Shown: positions 9,656 to 18,005 of the stretch, one piece after another | How positions within the stretch are numbered: the first letter of the stretch is position 1 | Layout of the letters: every line of letters starts with the position of its first letter | Origin: an uncultured Mycoplasmatota bacterium | GTDB lineage: Bacteria > Bacillota_I > Bacilli_A > RF39 > UBA660 | Direction of reading: 5' to 3' | Length of the DNA stretch: 64,000 nucleotides | Assembly: GCA_947305065.1 (NCBI GenBank) | Contig: CAMZCT010000007.1 | Coordinates: 542-64,541 of the forward strand | Program-made: the position numbers and the translations under genes | The notes under the pieces: generated by a model | Databases searched by the model: none | Told to the model about the DNA's origin: nothing | The model's input: only the letters and a program-made list of their open reading frames with translations

Positions 9656-11149
9656 ATGAAATATGATGAGTTAAAAGAATATATTACAAGATATTTAAAA
9701 GCAAGAATACCTGTAATAGTTATAGATACAGTTGAAAAGAACAGAGCTATAAGATTGCTTAAAGAAGTTCAAAATGATATCAATTATGATTTTAAACTAT
9801 TTAAAATGTCTGAAGGAATAGTAAACTTAAAAGATAATCAACTAATAACAGATGAAAATACAGTTGCTGGAGCTTTAGATTTTATTGCTGAAGATTTAAA
9901 GACTAAAGAAAACGCTAACTATATATTTGGTGACATTTCTGACGTTGCTGATTCCAATATTCTGTCTAGGTATCTTTGTGAAATAATTGAAAGAAGTGAA
10001 CTAACTTCTAGTTCTATAATACTTATAACAAATGATCCTTTATGGGAAAACATATCTAGATTAGGAGTTACTTTAGCTTTATCTTATCCTAGCGATGAAG
10101 AAATCTATAATATAGTAAACGCTTATATTAATAATTATCGTAGCCAAGTTACAATTGAATGGGACGATAAAGATGTTCATATAGCAGCTAACTACTTGCA
10201 AGGACTAAGCGAAATGGAAATTAAAAACATAATAGCTTCCTACCTTGCTAAAGGTGTAGTAAGTAAAAACGATTTAAATGAGTTAAAAGATATTAAAAAG
10301 ATTCTATTTACGGATGTTGCTGGATTAGAAATGATAGATGTACCAAATGACATGCATATCGCTGGTCTAGATAACTTAAAAGAATGGATTTTCGAAAAAA
10401 AGGATATATTTGATCCTCTAAAAAAAGCTGAATTAGAAGCAAGAGGTATTAATCAACCTCGAGGAATATTGCTAACAGGTGTTCCTGGTTGTGGTAAAAG
10501 TTACTCTTCTAAAGCAATCGCTTCTATCTTTAATTATCCATTATATAGACTAGACTTAGCTACAGTTCAAGGAGAATATGTAGGTCAATCAGAAAGACAG
10601 CTTAAAGCCGCTTTAAATAAAGCAGAATATATGTCTCCATGTGTATTATGGATTGATGAAATTGAAAAAGGTTTAAAAGATACGCAAAGCGGAGTTACAT
10701 CTAAAATGATTGGTCAATTCCTCTTCTGGTTACAAGAATGTCAAAAACCAGTATTCGTAGTAGCATCAGCTAATAATATTGATGAACTACCTCCAGAATT
10801 AACTAGAAAAGGTCGTTTTGATGAAATATTCTTCGTTGACCTACCAAATAAAAACGAAAGAAGAGAATTAATAGATATCTATTCTAAAAAATATCTAAGA
10901 ATCGAATTAGGGCCTAATCTTCTTGATAAACTTGTAGAAATATCAGATGGTTTTGCTAGTGCCGATATTGAAGCAACACTAAGAGATATCGCATATAGAT
11001 TAATAGCTAAACCGGATACTAAGATAAGCGAAGAGTATTTGTTAAATATAATGTCAAGAGTTGTATCAATCAGTAAGAATTATCCTGAAAAAATTAATAA
11101 GATTAGAGAATGGGGTAAAGACAAAGCAGTAAGGGCATCTAAAGAATAA
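9656..11149 (+). CDS. Classical-clade AAA+ ATPase with a non-catalytic N-terminal half
   Basis: Walker A GILLTGVPGCGKS, Walker B VLWIDEIEK, and second region of homology ASANNIDELPPELTRKGRFDEIFFVDLP (FtsH/Cdc48/Vps4-like). No P-loop seen in aa 1-230. Confidence 0.85.
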   Translation: MKYDELKEYITRYLKARIPVIVIDTVEKNRAIRLLKEVQNDINYDFKLFKMSEGIVNLKDNQLITDENTVAGALDFIAEDLKTKENANYIFGDISDVADSNILSRYLCEIIERSELTSSSIILITNDPLWENISRLGVTLALSYPSDEEIYNIVNAYINNYRSQVTIEWDDKDVHIAANYLQGLSEMEIKNIIASYLAKGVVSKNDLNELKDIKKILFTDVAGLEMIDVPNDMHIAGLDNLKEWIFEKKDIFDPLKKAELEARGINQPRGILLTGVPGCGKSYSSKAIASIFNYPLYRLDLATVQGEYVGQSERQLKAALNKAEYMSPCVLWIDEIEKGLKDTQSGVTSKMIGQFLFWLQECQKPVFVVASANNIDELPPELTRKGRFDEIFFVDLPNKNERRELIDIYSKKYLRIELGPNLLDKLVEISDGFASADIEATLRDIAYRLIAKPDTKISEEYLLNIMSRVVSISKNYPEKINKIREWGKDKAVRASKE

Positions 11150-11164
11150 ATAGTTGCTATTTAC

Positions 11165-11193
11165 TTGACATAAAAAGTGTATAATAATATAAT
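11165..11193 (+). promoter_or_regulatory. Consensus sigma-A-type promoter
   Basis: TTGACA, 17-nt spacer, TATAAT, 34 nt upstream of the ATG at 11227. Confidence 0.6.
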
Positions 11194-11226
11194 TAAGTTG
11201 TAAAAATACGAAGGGAATTGGTAAAC

Positions 11227-11994
11227 ATGGACAAACTAAACGATTTATTTCAAGAATTAGGAATATCAAAAGTCAGACTTGCTAAATACTTGGGAGTATC
11301 TAGACAAATGGTATATAATTACTTGGAATTAAAAGATATTAATAAATGGCCAAAAGAAAAGAAATTATTACTATTAAAACTACTAGACATATCAGATTCA
11401 AATGAAATAGGGGATATAAAAGTTACAACTGATTATTTAATGGCAGTAGAAGGGCGCTTGAATCAAGGTGTTAAGAGTAGTGGAGATTTAGATAGTACTT
11501 TTGATTTTAAAGGGCTAAATAAAGAATCTCAGATACTTATAAGTGATATTACATACTTGTTAAAAGAAAAACTAAGTGATGAATCTAATAAAGAAAACTA
11601 TTATGCATTTTTATACTTATACCACTTATTGCAATCTATAGATAATGTACCAGAAATTAAATACATATTTGGTTATATGAGTAAAACAACTGGATTCACA
11701 GAGCCAGATGAATTTAGATTTAATGAAGAAAAACAATTTATTTTTGAAGGAATACTATATTCTGCTTTAAATCTATATCATAATGGTGGTGCTTCTAGAT
11801 CTAGATTAGCTGAAACCCATAGAAGATTTGTTCAAGAAATAGAACAAAAGAAAGAAGAAAAACTTTCAAGGACCCAACAATTAAATACTTTCAGAATTCA
11901 AGCTCTTAGAGAGTTAGGATATAAAGAGATAACTAAAGAAAACGCTGCTGAAGTATTTGAAAAGATGGCAGAAATTGAATCAAGAAAGGCTTAA
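11227..11994 (+). CDS. XRE-family HTH protein with uncharacterised C-terminal domain
   Basis: N-terminal LGISKVRLAKYLGVSRQMVYNYL helix-turn-helix. ATG at 11227 is preferred to the TTG at 11218. Confidence 0.65.
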   Translation: MDKLNDLFQELGISKVRLAKYLGVSRQMVYNYLELKDINKWPKEKKLLLLKLLDISDSNEIGDIKVTTDYLMAVEGRLNQGVKSSGDLDSTFDFKGLNKESQILISDITYLLKEKLSDESNKENYYAFLYLYHLLQSIDNVPEIKYIFGYMSKTTGFTEPDEFRFNEEKQFIFEGILYSALNLYHNGGASRSRLAETHRRFVQEIEQKKEEKLSRTQQLNTFRIQALRELGYKEITKENAAEVFEKMAEIESRKA

Positions 11995-12012
11995 TTAAGT
12001 CTTTTTTATTTT
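11985..12012 (+). terminator. Intrinsic terminator
   Basis: AAGGCTTAATTAAGTCTT palindrome followed by a T-run at the stop of the HTH gene. Confidence 0.5.
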
Positions 12013-12028
12013 TTGTTAAAATAATAGC

Positions 12029-12520
12029 TGTTTTTAAATCCCCTATCGGAATTTTTTGCAAAATAGAGTATAATAAGATTAAAACTAATAAAAAGTATTT
12101 AAATGAGCTTAAAAACACGCAATAAGTCGATATAATTTACCTTAGTTTTCATTTCAATTCCATTTTTCAAGTCCCCTATTCTCTACTTAATAAAAAATAG
12201 GGGAGTGGGGCCCCTTTCAAGCTTATATAATAAAAACTATATATTTAGTTGTAGAATTGAGATATATAATTAATCATCTAATCATATCTCGTTGCCAATT
12301 TTAAAATGATATATAAAGTAAAATATGCAATAAGATGATAATCTAATCAGCTTTTAATATCTCGATTCCAATTTCAAATCCCCTATTTTTTATCTATTTA
12401 GAAGTAGGGGAAGTAAAGTGGTAAATTGTCCATCTTTTTCCATTTCGTTGCCAATTTTCATCTTCCACGAACGATAGATTAATCATTATTTTATAATTCG
12501 ATTCCGATTTTAAAATAAAA
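12029..12520. repeat. Six degenerate dispersed repeat units in a non-coding tract
   Basis: Units near 12029, 12148, 12285, 12355, 12440 and 12494 share a core of about TCTCGATTCCAATTTNAAA. Three continue into TCCCCTAT, and two of those form CCCCTA..TAGGGG hairpins. An AATCTAATCA-like motif precedes several units. Confidence 0.6.
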
Positions 12521-12677
12521 TATTTAAAAATTTTTTTAAAATTTAAAATTTAAATATTAAAATTAAATTAATCTAATCATTATTAAATAATATATAAATA
12601 ATAGAGTATATATTAAATAAAAATTAAAAAAAATAAAGATAGAATAACATTTATTATTATTTATTTCTAATTTTCTA

Positions 12678-12705
12678 TATTCGCATAATATATATTATGT
12701 TAACC
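12678..12705. other. dif: dif-like Xer recombination site
   Basis: TATTCGCATAATATATATTATGTTAACC matches E. coli dif GGTGCGCATAATGTATATTATGTTAAAT at 22 of 28 positions, including both inner arms (GCATAA / TTATGTTAA) and a 6-bp AT spacer. About 650 bp from the xerD-like gene and at a strand-orientation switch. Confidence 0.7.
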
Positions 12706-12734
12706 AAGACTAAAAGAGAAAAGAAGATAATTTA

Positions 12735-13364
12735 TTATCCCCTATTATCTGCAGGTTCTGGAACCTTACATTTAACTATTTCTTTTTTATTTTCTGAATT
12801 AACATATATACAATCACAGAACAAAGTTCTACATTCAGAACACTCAGTAGTTTTACTACATTTTTCTAATCTTAATTCTTCATAATTTCTTGATCTAACA
12901 GAAGCAGGATCATCAATTATTTCTTTTACTTCTTCAGCTTTCATATCTAATTCTGATATAAGAGAAGTAAATTTACTTTGAGATATTAGTTGTTCACGAT
13001 ATATATATACAGTTCTTATATTTGCTTTCATATTTATTAATTCATTATAATATAAACGACATGAATTAACATTGTTACTATCACAAATATATTTATTATT
13101 TAAATAATCAACCCATCCTTTTACTTCATTATAAATTTCATTCTGCATATCTGCAGTTTTTTTCTCATTATTTTCAAAAGTGTCTTTAACTTCTGCTATT
13201 GGCTCTAAATCAGTAGTTTCACTAGATACATAGAACTTTTCTAAAGACTCATGTATTATTCTTGAATAGTTATATATATTATTGTAATAATACCCTCTTC
13301 CAATAAAGAATACCCCTACTCCTAATAATACAACTAGAACTATTGTTATAACTCTATTCTTCAT
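12735..13364 (-). CDS. Membrane-anchored protein with Cys-rich C-terminus
   Basis: Start probably MKNRVITIVLVVLLGVGVFFIG (13364) rather than the listed 13406. C-terminus is CSKTTECSECRTLFCDC..C. Confidence 0.5.
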   Translation of the reverse strand: MKNRVITIVLVVLLGVGVFFIGRGYYYNNIYNYSRIIHESLEKFYVSSETTDLEPIAEVKDTFENNEKKTADMQNEIYNEVKGWVDYLNNKYICDSNNVNSCRLYYNELINMKANIRTVYIYREQLISQSKFTSLISELDMKAEEVKEIIDDPASVRSRNYEELRLEKCSKTTECSECRTLFCDCIYVNSENKKEIVKCKVPEPADNRG

Positions 13365-14259
13365 ATGAATCACCTTTTCTATTCCTTGGATGATAAGAAT
13401 AATCATCTTTTAATTTTTCATTAATTAAATGAGCATATATTTCTGTAGTAGAAATATCCTCATGCCCTAATAATTCTTGAATAATTCTTAAATTAGCCCC
13501 ATGGCTAAGTAAGTGTGTTGCAAAAGAATGTCTAAGTACGTGTGGAGATACCTCTTTATCTATCCCCGATCTTTTTGCTTCACTTTTTAATATCTTGAAA
13601 AAACCTTGTCTTGATATATTCTTTTTACTATTACTAATGAAAATGTAATCGGATAAAGTATCTTTCAATATCAAGCCTCTATAATTGTTCAGATACATTT
13701 TTAAATACTTTAAAGCAACATCAGCAATAGGTACTATCCTTTCTTTTTTACCTTTACCAAATACTCTTACTATACATTCATCAAAATCAATGTCATTTAC
13801 CTTTAAATTAACCAATTCTGATATTCTAAGACCAGTAGCATATAAAAGTTCAAGCATCGCTTTATTCCTATAATCATATTCAGTATTTAAAGGAATATCC
13901 AACAATTTACTAACTTCCTCTTCTGTTAAATAAACTGGTAATTTCTTTGGTAATTTAACATTCATAATATTTTCACAAGGATTTTTTTCTATAATCTTCT
14001 CATCTATCAAAAAATTATAGAATGAAGTAAGAACAGTAATATGATGAGCAACACTTCTAGAACTTAAATCCCTTATCGACTCTAAATACTTATTTATATC
14101 TTCATATTGGAGATTCAGTATCTGTCCTTTAAAAAAGATATCAAATCTTTTTAAATCATAAGCATAACTAGCGATAGTATTTTCACTTAATGCTCGCTCA
14201 TATTGTAAATAGTTAATATACTTTTCAATATAAATATTTTGAGTATATTCCCCATTCAT
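13354..14259 (-). CDS. xerD: Tyrosine recombinase of XerC/XerD type
   Basis: N-terminal YLQYERALSENTIASYAYDLKRF core-binding domain. Catalytic region ATGLRISEL .. PHVLRHSFATHLL .. LGHEDISTTEIYAHL (R, H-x-x-R, H, Y). Length 301 aa. Confidence 0.85.
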   Translation of the reverse strand: MNGEYTQNIYIEKYINYLQYERALSENTIASYAYDLKRFDIFFKGQILNLQYEDINKYLESIRDLSSRSVAHHITVLTSFYNFLIDEKIIEKNPCENIMNVKLPKKLPVYLTEEEVSKLLDIPLNTEYDYRNKAMLELLYATGLRISELVNLKVNDIDFDECIVRVFGKGKKERIVPIADVALKYLKMYLNNYRGLILKDTLSDYIFISNSKKNISRQGFFKILKSEAKRSGIDKEVSPHVLRHSFATHLLSHGANLRIIQELLGHEDISTTEIYAHLINEKLKDDYSYHPRNRKGDSYEE

Positions 14260-14491
14260 GATACATCCCTACCCTATAAGAATTATAATCTTTTTTTTCA
14301 ATAAAAGCAATAAAGGAATTAATAGCAAAAACAAAAATAAATAATATTTAATATATTTCATTTTCTATTCCTCTTATATTATAGATATTATACTAATTAT
14401 GTGGCAAAATAGCAGCAATGTAACATTTAAAATAATTAGAAGAAAGTAATAAAAAATGATATAATCAAAATATAGTTAATGAGGTGAATAT

Positions 14492-15691
14492 ATGGAAGTA
14501 TTAGCAGATAAACTCAGACCTAAAAATTTAGATGAAATAATTGGTCAGCAACACCTAGTAGGAAAAAATAAAATAATAAGAAACCTCGTAACTAATAATC
14601 ACTTAGTAAGTATGATACTTTATGGTAAACCAGGTATTGGTAAAACATCTATAGCTATGGCCATTGCCAATACTTTAGAAAAGCCCTTTCGTTTACTAAA
14701 TGCGACAATTAATAATAAACAAGATTTCGATATCGTAATCGAAGAAGCAAAGATGCAGGGTGAAATGATAGTTATTATGGATGAAATACATCGTTTAAAT
14801 AAAGATAAACAAGACCTACTTCTACCCTACATTGAAAATGGATTAATAATTCTTATTGGTATGACTACTTCAAATCCTTATCATCGTATCAATCCCGCCA
14901 TTAGAAGTCGTTGCCAAATATTCGAATTAAAAGAATTAACCTTAGATGAAATAAAAGAAGGAATAGACCGCGCTATCCCCTATTTAAAAGGTATCAAAGT
15001 TGATGATGAAGTTAAAAATACCATTGCTAAACTATCCTCAGGAGATTTAAGAAATGCTATAAACCTTCTAGAAATAGCTTATTATGGATCAAGTAAAAAA
15101 CATATAACCAAAGAAATAATAGAAAATATAAATCCTAAAGCCATCTTCTTTTCGGATTCCAACGAAGATGGTCACTACGATGTCTTATCCGGTCTTCAAA
15201 AATCAATTCGTGGATCTGATGTAGATGCTTCACTTCACTATCTAGCAAGATTGATAGAAGAAGGAGATTTGGATAGCATCTATCGTCGTTTAAGTGTTAT
15301 AGTATACGAAGATATAGGTTTAGCCAATCCTTCTTTAGGACCTAAATTAATGGCTGCTATTAATGCTGCGGAACTAGTTGGTTTACCTGAAGCTAGAATA
15401 CCTTTAGGTACTATTGTTACTGAAATGGCTCTAAGTCCTAAAAGTAATAGCGCTCATACTGCTTTAGATGCGGCTTTAGAAGATATAGAAAATGGAAATG
15501 TTGGAAATCTTCCAGTTCATTTAAAAACTAACTCTCCTTTATATAAATATCCTCATAATTATCCAAATTCTTGGGTAAAACAACAATACTTACCAGATAA
15601 CATTAAAAACAAAAAATATTATCAAAGTAAAGATAATAAATATGAACAAAGTTTAAATAAATTACATAAAGAAATGACAGGTGGCAAATAA
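14492..15691 (+). CDS. rarA: Replication-associated recombination protein A (MgsA/RarA)
   Basis: LRPKNLDEIIGQQHLVG, Walker A GKPGIGKTS, DEIHRLNK, LLPYIENGLIILIGMTTSNP, SRCQIF. Confidence 0.9.
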   Translation: MEVLADKLRPKNLDEIIGQQHLVGKNKIIRNLVTNNHLVSMILYGKPGIGKTSIAMAIANTLEKPFRLLNATINNKQDFDIVIEEAKMQGEMIVIMDEIHRLNKDKQDLLLPYIENGLIILIGMTTSNPYHRINPAIRSRCQIFELKELTLDEIKEGIDRAIPYLKGIKVDDEVKNTIAKLSSGDLRNAINLLEIAYYGSSKKHITKEIIENINPKAIFFSDSNEDGHYDVLSGLQKSIRGSDVDASLHYLARLIEEGDLDSIYRRLSVIVYEDIGLANPSLGPKLMAAINAAELVGLPEARIPLGTIVTEMALSPKSNSAHTALDAALEDIENGNVGNLPVHLKTNSPLYKYPHNYPNSWVKQQYLPDNIKNKKYYQSKDNKYEQSLNKLHKEMTGGK

Positions 15692-16665
15692 TGAAAATAG
15701 CAATAATTGGAACAGGAGCTTATAGTAGTGCTATAGCTGAACAATTATATAAAAAAAATAAAAATATTATAATGTGGACTGAATCAGAAGAGAAATATAA
15801 TAATTATCTTAAAAATGGTTGTATATCTGGTACAATTGAAAACCATTCTTTACCTAAAGATATAAAACTAACTACTAGTTATGAAGAAGCTATAAAAGGA
15901 GCAGAAATAATCTTTTTAGTACCTGCAGCAGCATATGTTGGAAAAGTATGTCAAGATATTAAAGACATCGTTACTAAAGATCAAATAGTGTGTATAGCTT
16001 CAAAAGGTATAGATAATAATAAATGTGAATTTTTAAGTGATATTGCTTATGATACATTAAAAACTAAGAAATTAGCTAATATGAGTGGCCCTTCTTTTGC
16101 TGTAGACATGCTTAGTAATAATCCTATTGGTTTATCAATTGCAAGTAAAAACAAAAAAGTTCTAAAAACCATTAAAGAAGTATTAGCGAATGACACTCTT
16201 AAATTAAGAGAAACAAATGATTTAATTGGTATACAAATATGTGGAAGTATCAAAAACATTATCGCTGTAGCAGCTGGTATTATGGATGGATTAGGATATC
16301 CTGAATCAACTAGAAGTTTTTTAATAACTGAGAGCTTACATGATATTAAAGAATTAATAACTAAATTAGGAGGAAATCCTAAAACAATTCTATCCTTCGC
16401 AGGAGTTGGTGACCTATTACTAACTTGTACTTCTGTAAAAAGTCGTAATTTTAGCTTTGGTCAAGTACTTGCTTCTAACGATCCAAATAAAATTAATAAG
16501 TATTTAAAAGAAAATACAGTTGAAGGTTATTATACATTAAAAAGTATTTATAAGTTAGTTAGAAAGAAAAAGATCAAAATGCCAATAATAGATTTAATAT
16601 ATGATATTGTAATGAATGGTAAAGATCCTAATCTATTAGGAGAATTCTTGATAAATAAAAAGTAG
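15691..16665 (+). CDS. gpsA: NAD(P)H-dependent glycerol-3-phosphate dehydrogenase
   Basis: MKIAIIGTGAYSSAIA Rossmann motif, SGPSFA, KNIIAVAAGIMDGLG. Start overlaps the rarA stop. Confidence 0.85.
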   Translation: MKIAIIGTGAYSSAIAEQLYKKNKNIIMWTESEEKYNNYLKNGCISGTIENHSLPKDIKLTTSYEEAIKGAEIIFLVPAAAYVGKVCQDIKDIVTKDQIVCIASKGIDNNKCEFLSDIAYDTLKTKKLANMSGPSFAVDMLSNNPIGLSIASKNKKVLKTIKEVLANDTLKLRETNDLIGIQICGSIKNIIAVAAGIMDGLGYPESTRSFLITESLHDIKELITKLGGNPKTILSFAGVGDLLLTCTSVKSRNFSFGQVLASNDPNKINKYLKENTVEGYYTLKSIYKLVRKKKIKMPIIDLIYDIVMNGKDPNLLGEFLINKK

Positions 16666-16691
16666 AATATTAATTATTATTCTACTTTTTT
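16658..16691. terminator. Bidirectional terminator
   Basis: AGTAGAATA..TATTCTACT hairpin flanked by A- and T-runs between convergent genes. Confidence 0.6.
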
Positions 16692-17037
16692 ATTCATCAT
16701 CATCTTCATCTTCATCATCATAAGAAGATTCACTTTCATCAATATATTGTTCTAACTTAGAATCATCTATTTTTTCAATTTCTACTTCATCTTCATTATC
16801 TTTTTCCTCTTCAATAACGACTTCTGTTTCATCTTCTTTGGATAATTCTAAGAAATCATTAATAGTCTTCTTTATTTCATCTTTCTCTTCTTCTGTTTGA
16901 GCATTAGTTAGTAAAAAATCTAAATAAGTAGTCTTCTCACAGAATGTTAAGTCAGGATTGTTTAAAGTACTATCTTTCATTACTTCTTCAAAGTTACTAT
17001 TCTCTACCTTTTCTTCTTCCATAAACACCATTCCCAC
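16690..17037 (-). CDS. Highly acidic small protein
   Basis: 115-aa ORF directly downstream of tcdA, with a D/E-rich tail. Confidence 0.4.
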   Translation of the reverse strand: MGMVFMEEEKVENSNFEEVMKDSTLNNPDLTFCEKTTYLDFLLTNAQTEEEKDEIKKTINDFLELSKEDETEVVIEEEKDNEDEVEIEKIDDSKLEQYIDESESSYDDEDEDDDE

Positions 17038-17715
17038 CTATATTATATCATTAATTACAAAACTTGCCATAAAAAATCCCGCACAATTTGGAACAAATGC
17101 TAAAGAACCTACTCCACTACTAGATTTTCTAGGGTTTTCAGTACTAGTAACAACTTTAACTTTATATTTAACTCCTTTTTTTCTTAATAAAGAACGCATT
17201 TTTTTTGCTAAAGGATCATTATTAGTTTTCCAAATATCTGTAATAATTAATTTAGAAGGATCTAATCTATTACCAGTACCCATAGAAGTAATTAATTTAA
17301 CATTAAATTCATGACACTTTTCAATAAGTAATATCTTAGTATTAACTGAATCACAACAATCTAATACATAATCAAATTGATTAATATTAATTTTATCAAT
17401 ATTAGACTCATCCAGAAACATTTCTTTAGAATCAACTAAAATATCAGGATTAATATTAATTGCTCTTAAACAAGCTTCAAAAGCTTTATTATGACCTATA
17501 TTAGATCTATTAGATAATAACTGTCTATTTAAATTACTTTCATCAAATACATCATTATCTATAACGGTTATATTTTTAACCCCAGTCCTAACTAAAGATT
17601 CAAAAGCAGCACCCCCTACTCCTCCTAAACCAACAATAAGTATATTTAAATTCTTAATCTTATTTAATTCAGTATTTGATAATATTCTTAATATTCTTTC
17701 ATCCATTTCTATCAC
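17038..17715 (-). CDS. tcdA: tRNA threonylcarbamoyladenosine dehydratase (ThiF/E1-like)
   Basis: ILIVGLGGVGGAAFESLVRTGVKNITVIDNDVFDESNLNRQ, characteristic of TcdA/YrvM. Confidence 0.85.
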   Translation of the reverse strand: MIEMDERILRILSNTELNKIKNLNILIVGLGGVGGAAFESLVRTGVKNITVIDNDVFDESNLNRQLLSNRSNIGHNKAFEACLRAININPDILVDSKEMFLDESNIDKININQFDYVLDCCDSVNTKILLIEKCHEFNVKLITSMGTGNRLDPSKLIITDIWKTNNDPLAKKMRSLLRKKGVKYKVKVVTSTENPRKSSSGVGSLAFVPNCAGFFMASFVINDII

Positions 17716-17734
17716 CCACTAAATTATTACAATT

Positions 17735-17924
17735 AAAAACCTAAGAAGGACTTACATGTGATAAAAAACCTGCTCTCCACAGGTGGGCATCACATAACTT
17801 ATATTAGGATCCCTACTTAAATGTCCTTATTTATTAAGGCAAAGGTCTTCAACACAATAAGTTAATTAGATTCCCTTATAAATCACTTACTCGGTTTTTA
17901 TTAAAGTAAGACTTATTCTTAGGT
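17735..17924 (-). ncRNA. ssrS: Candidate 6S RNA
   Basis: About 190 nt non-coding. The 5' end ACCTAAGAATAAGTCTTAC pairs with the 3' end GTAAGTCCTTCTTAGGT, followed by a T-run. A second helix pairs AUAAAAACC with GGUUUUUUAU. The promoter places the TSS on the first paired base. It sits directly upstream of tcdA (yrvM), as bsrA does in B. subtilis. Confidence 0.5.
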
Positions 17925-17930
17925 AATTTC

Positions 17931-17959
17931 ATTATACCATCATAATCTCATTTTGTAAA
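17931..17959 (-). promoter_or_regulatory. Promoter of the candidate 6S RNA
   Basis: On the minus strand: TTTACA, 17-nt spacer, TGgTATAAT (extended -10). Confidence 0.6.
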
Positions 17960-17978
17960 TATAAACCAAGCATATAAG

Positions 17979-18002
17979 AAAAAACAACTATTAAAATAGT
18001 TG
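17979..18002 (-). terminator. Intrinsic terminator of the HerA-like gene
   Basis: CAACTATT..AATAGTTG hairpin plus a T-run on the minus strand, just after the stop at 18006. Confidence 0.6.
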
Positions 18003-18005
18003 CTT

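Noticed and set aside
12029-12520. Possible CRISPR array in the repeat-rich intergenic tract
   Set aside because: Repeat units are degenerate, spacing is irregular (about 50-140 bp), and no cas genes are present. This does not fit a CRISPR array.
13354-14259. The tyrosine recombinase as the integrase of the comEC island
   Set aside because: It has canonical XerC/D length and motifs, sits next to a dif-like site and lies about 34 kb from the island. It is more likely the chromosome-dimer resolvase.
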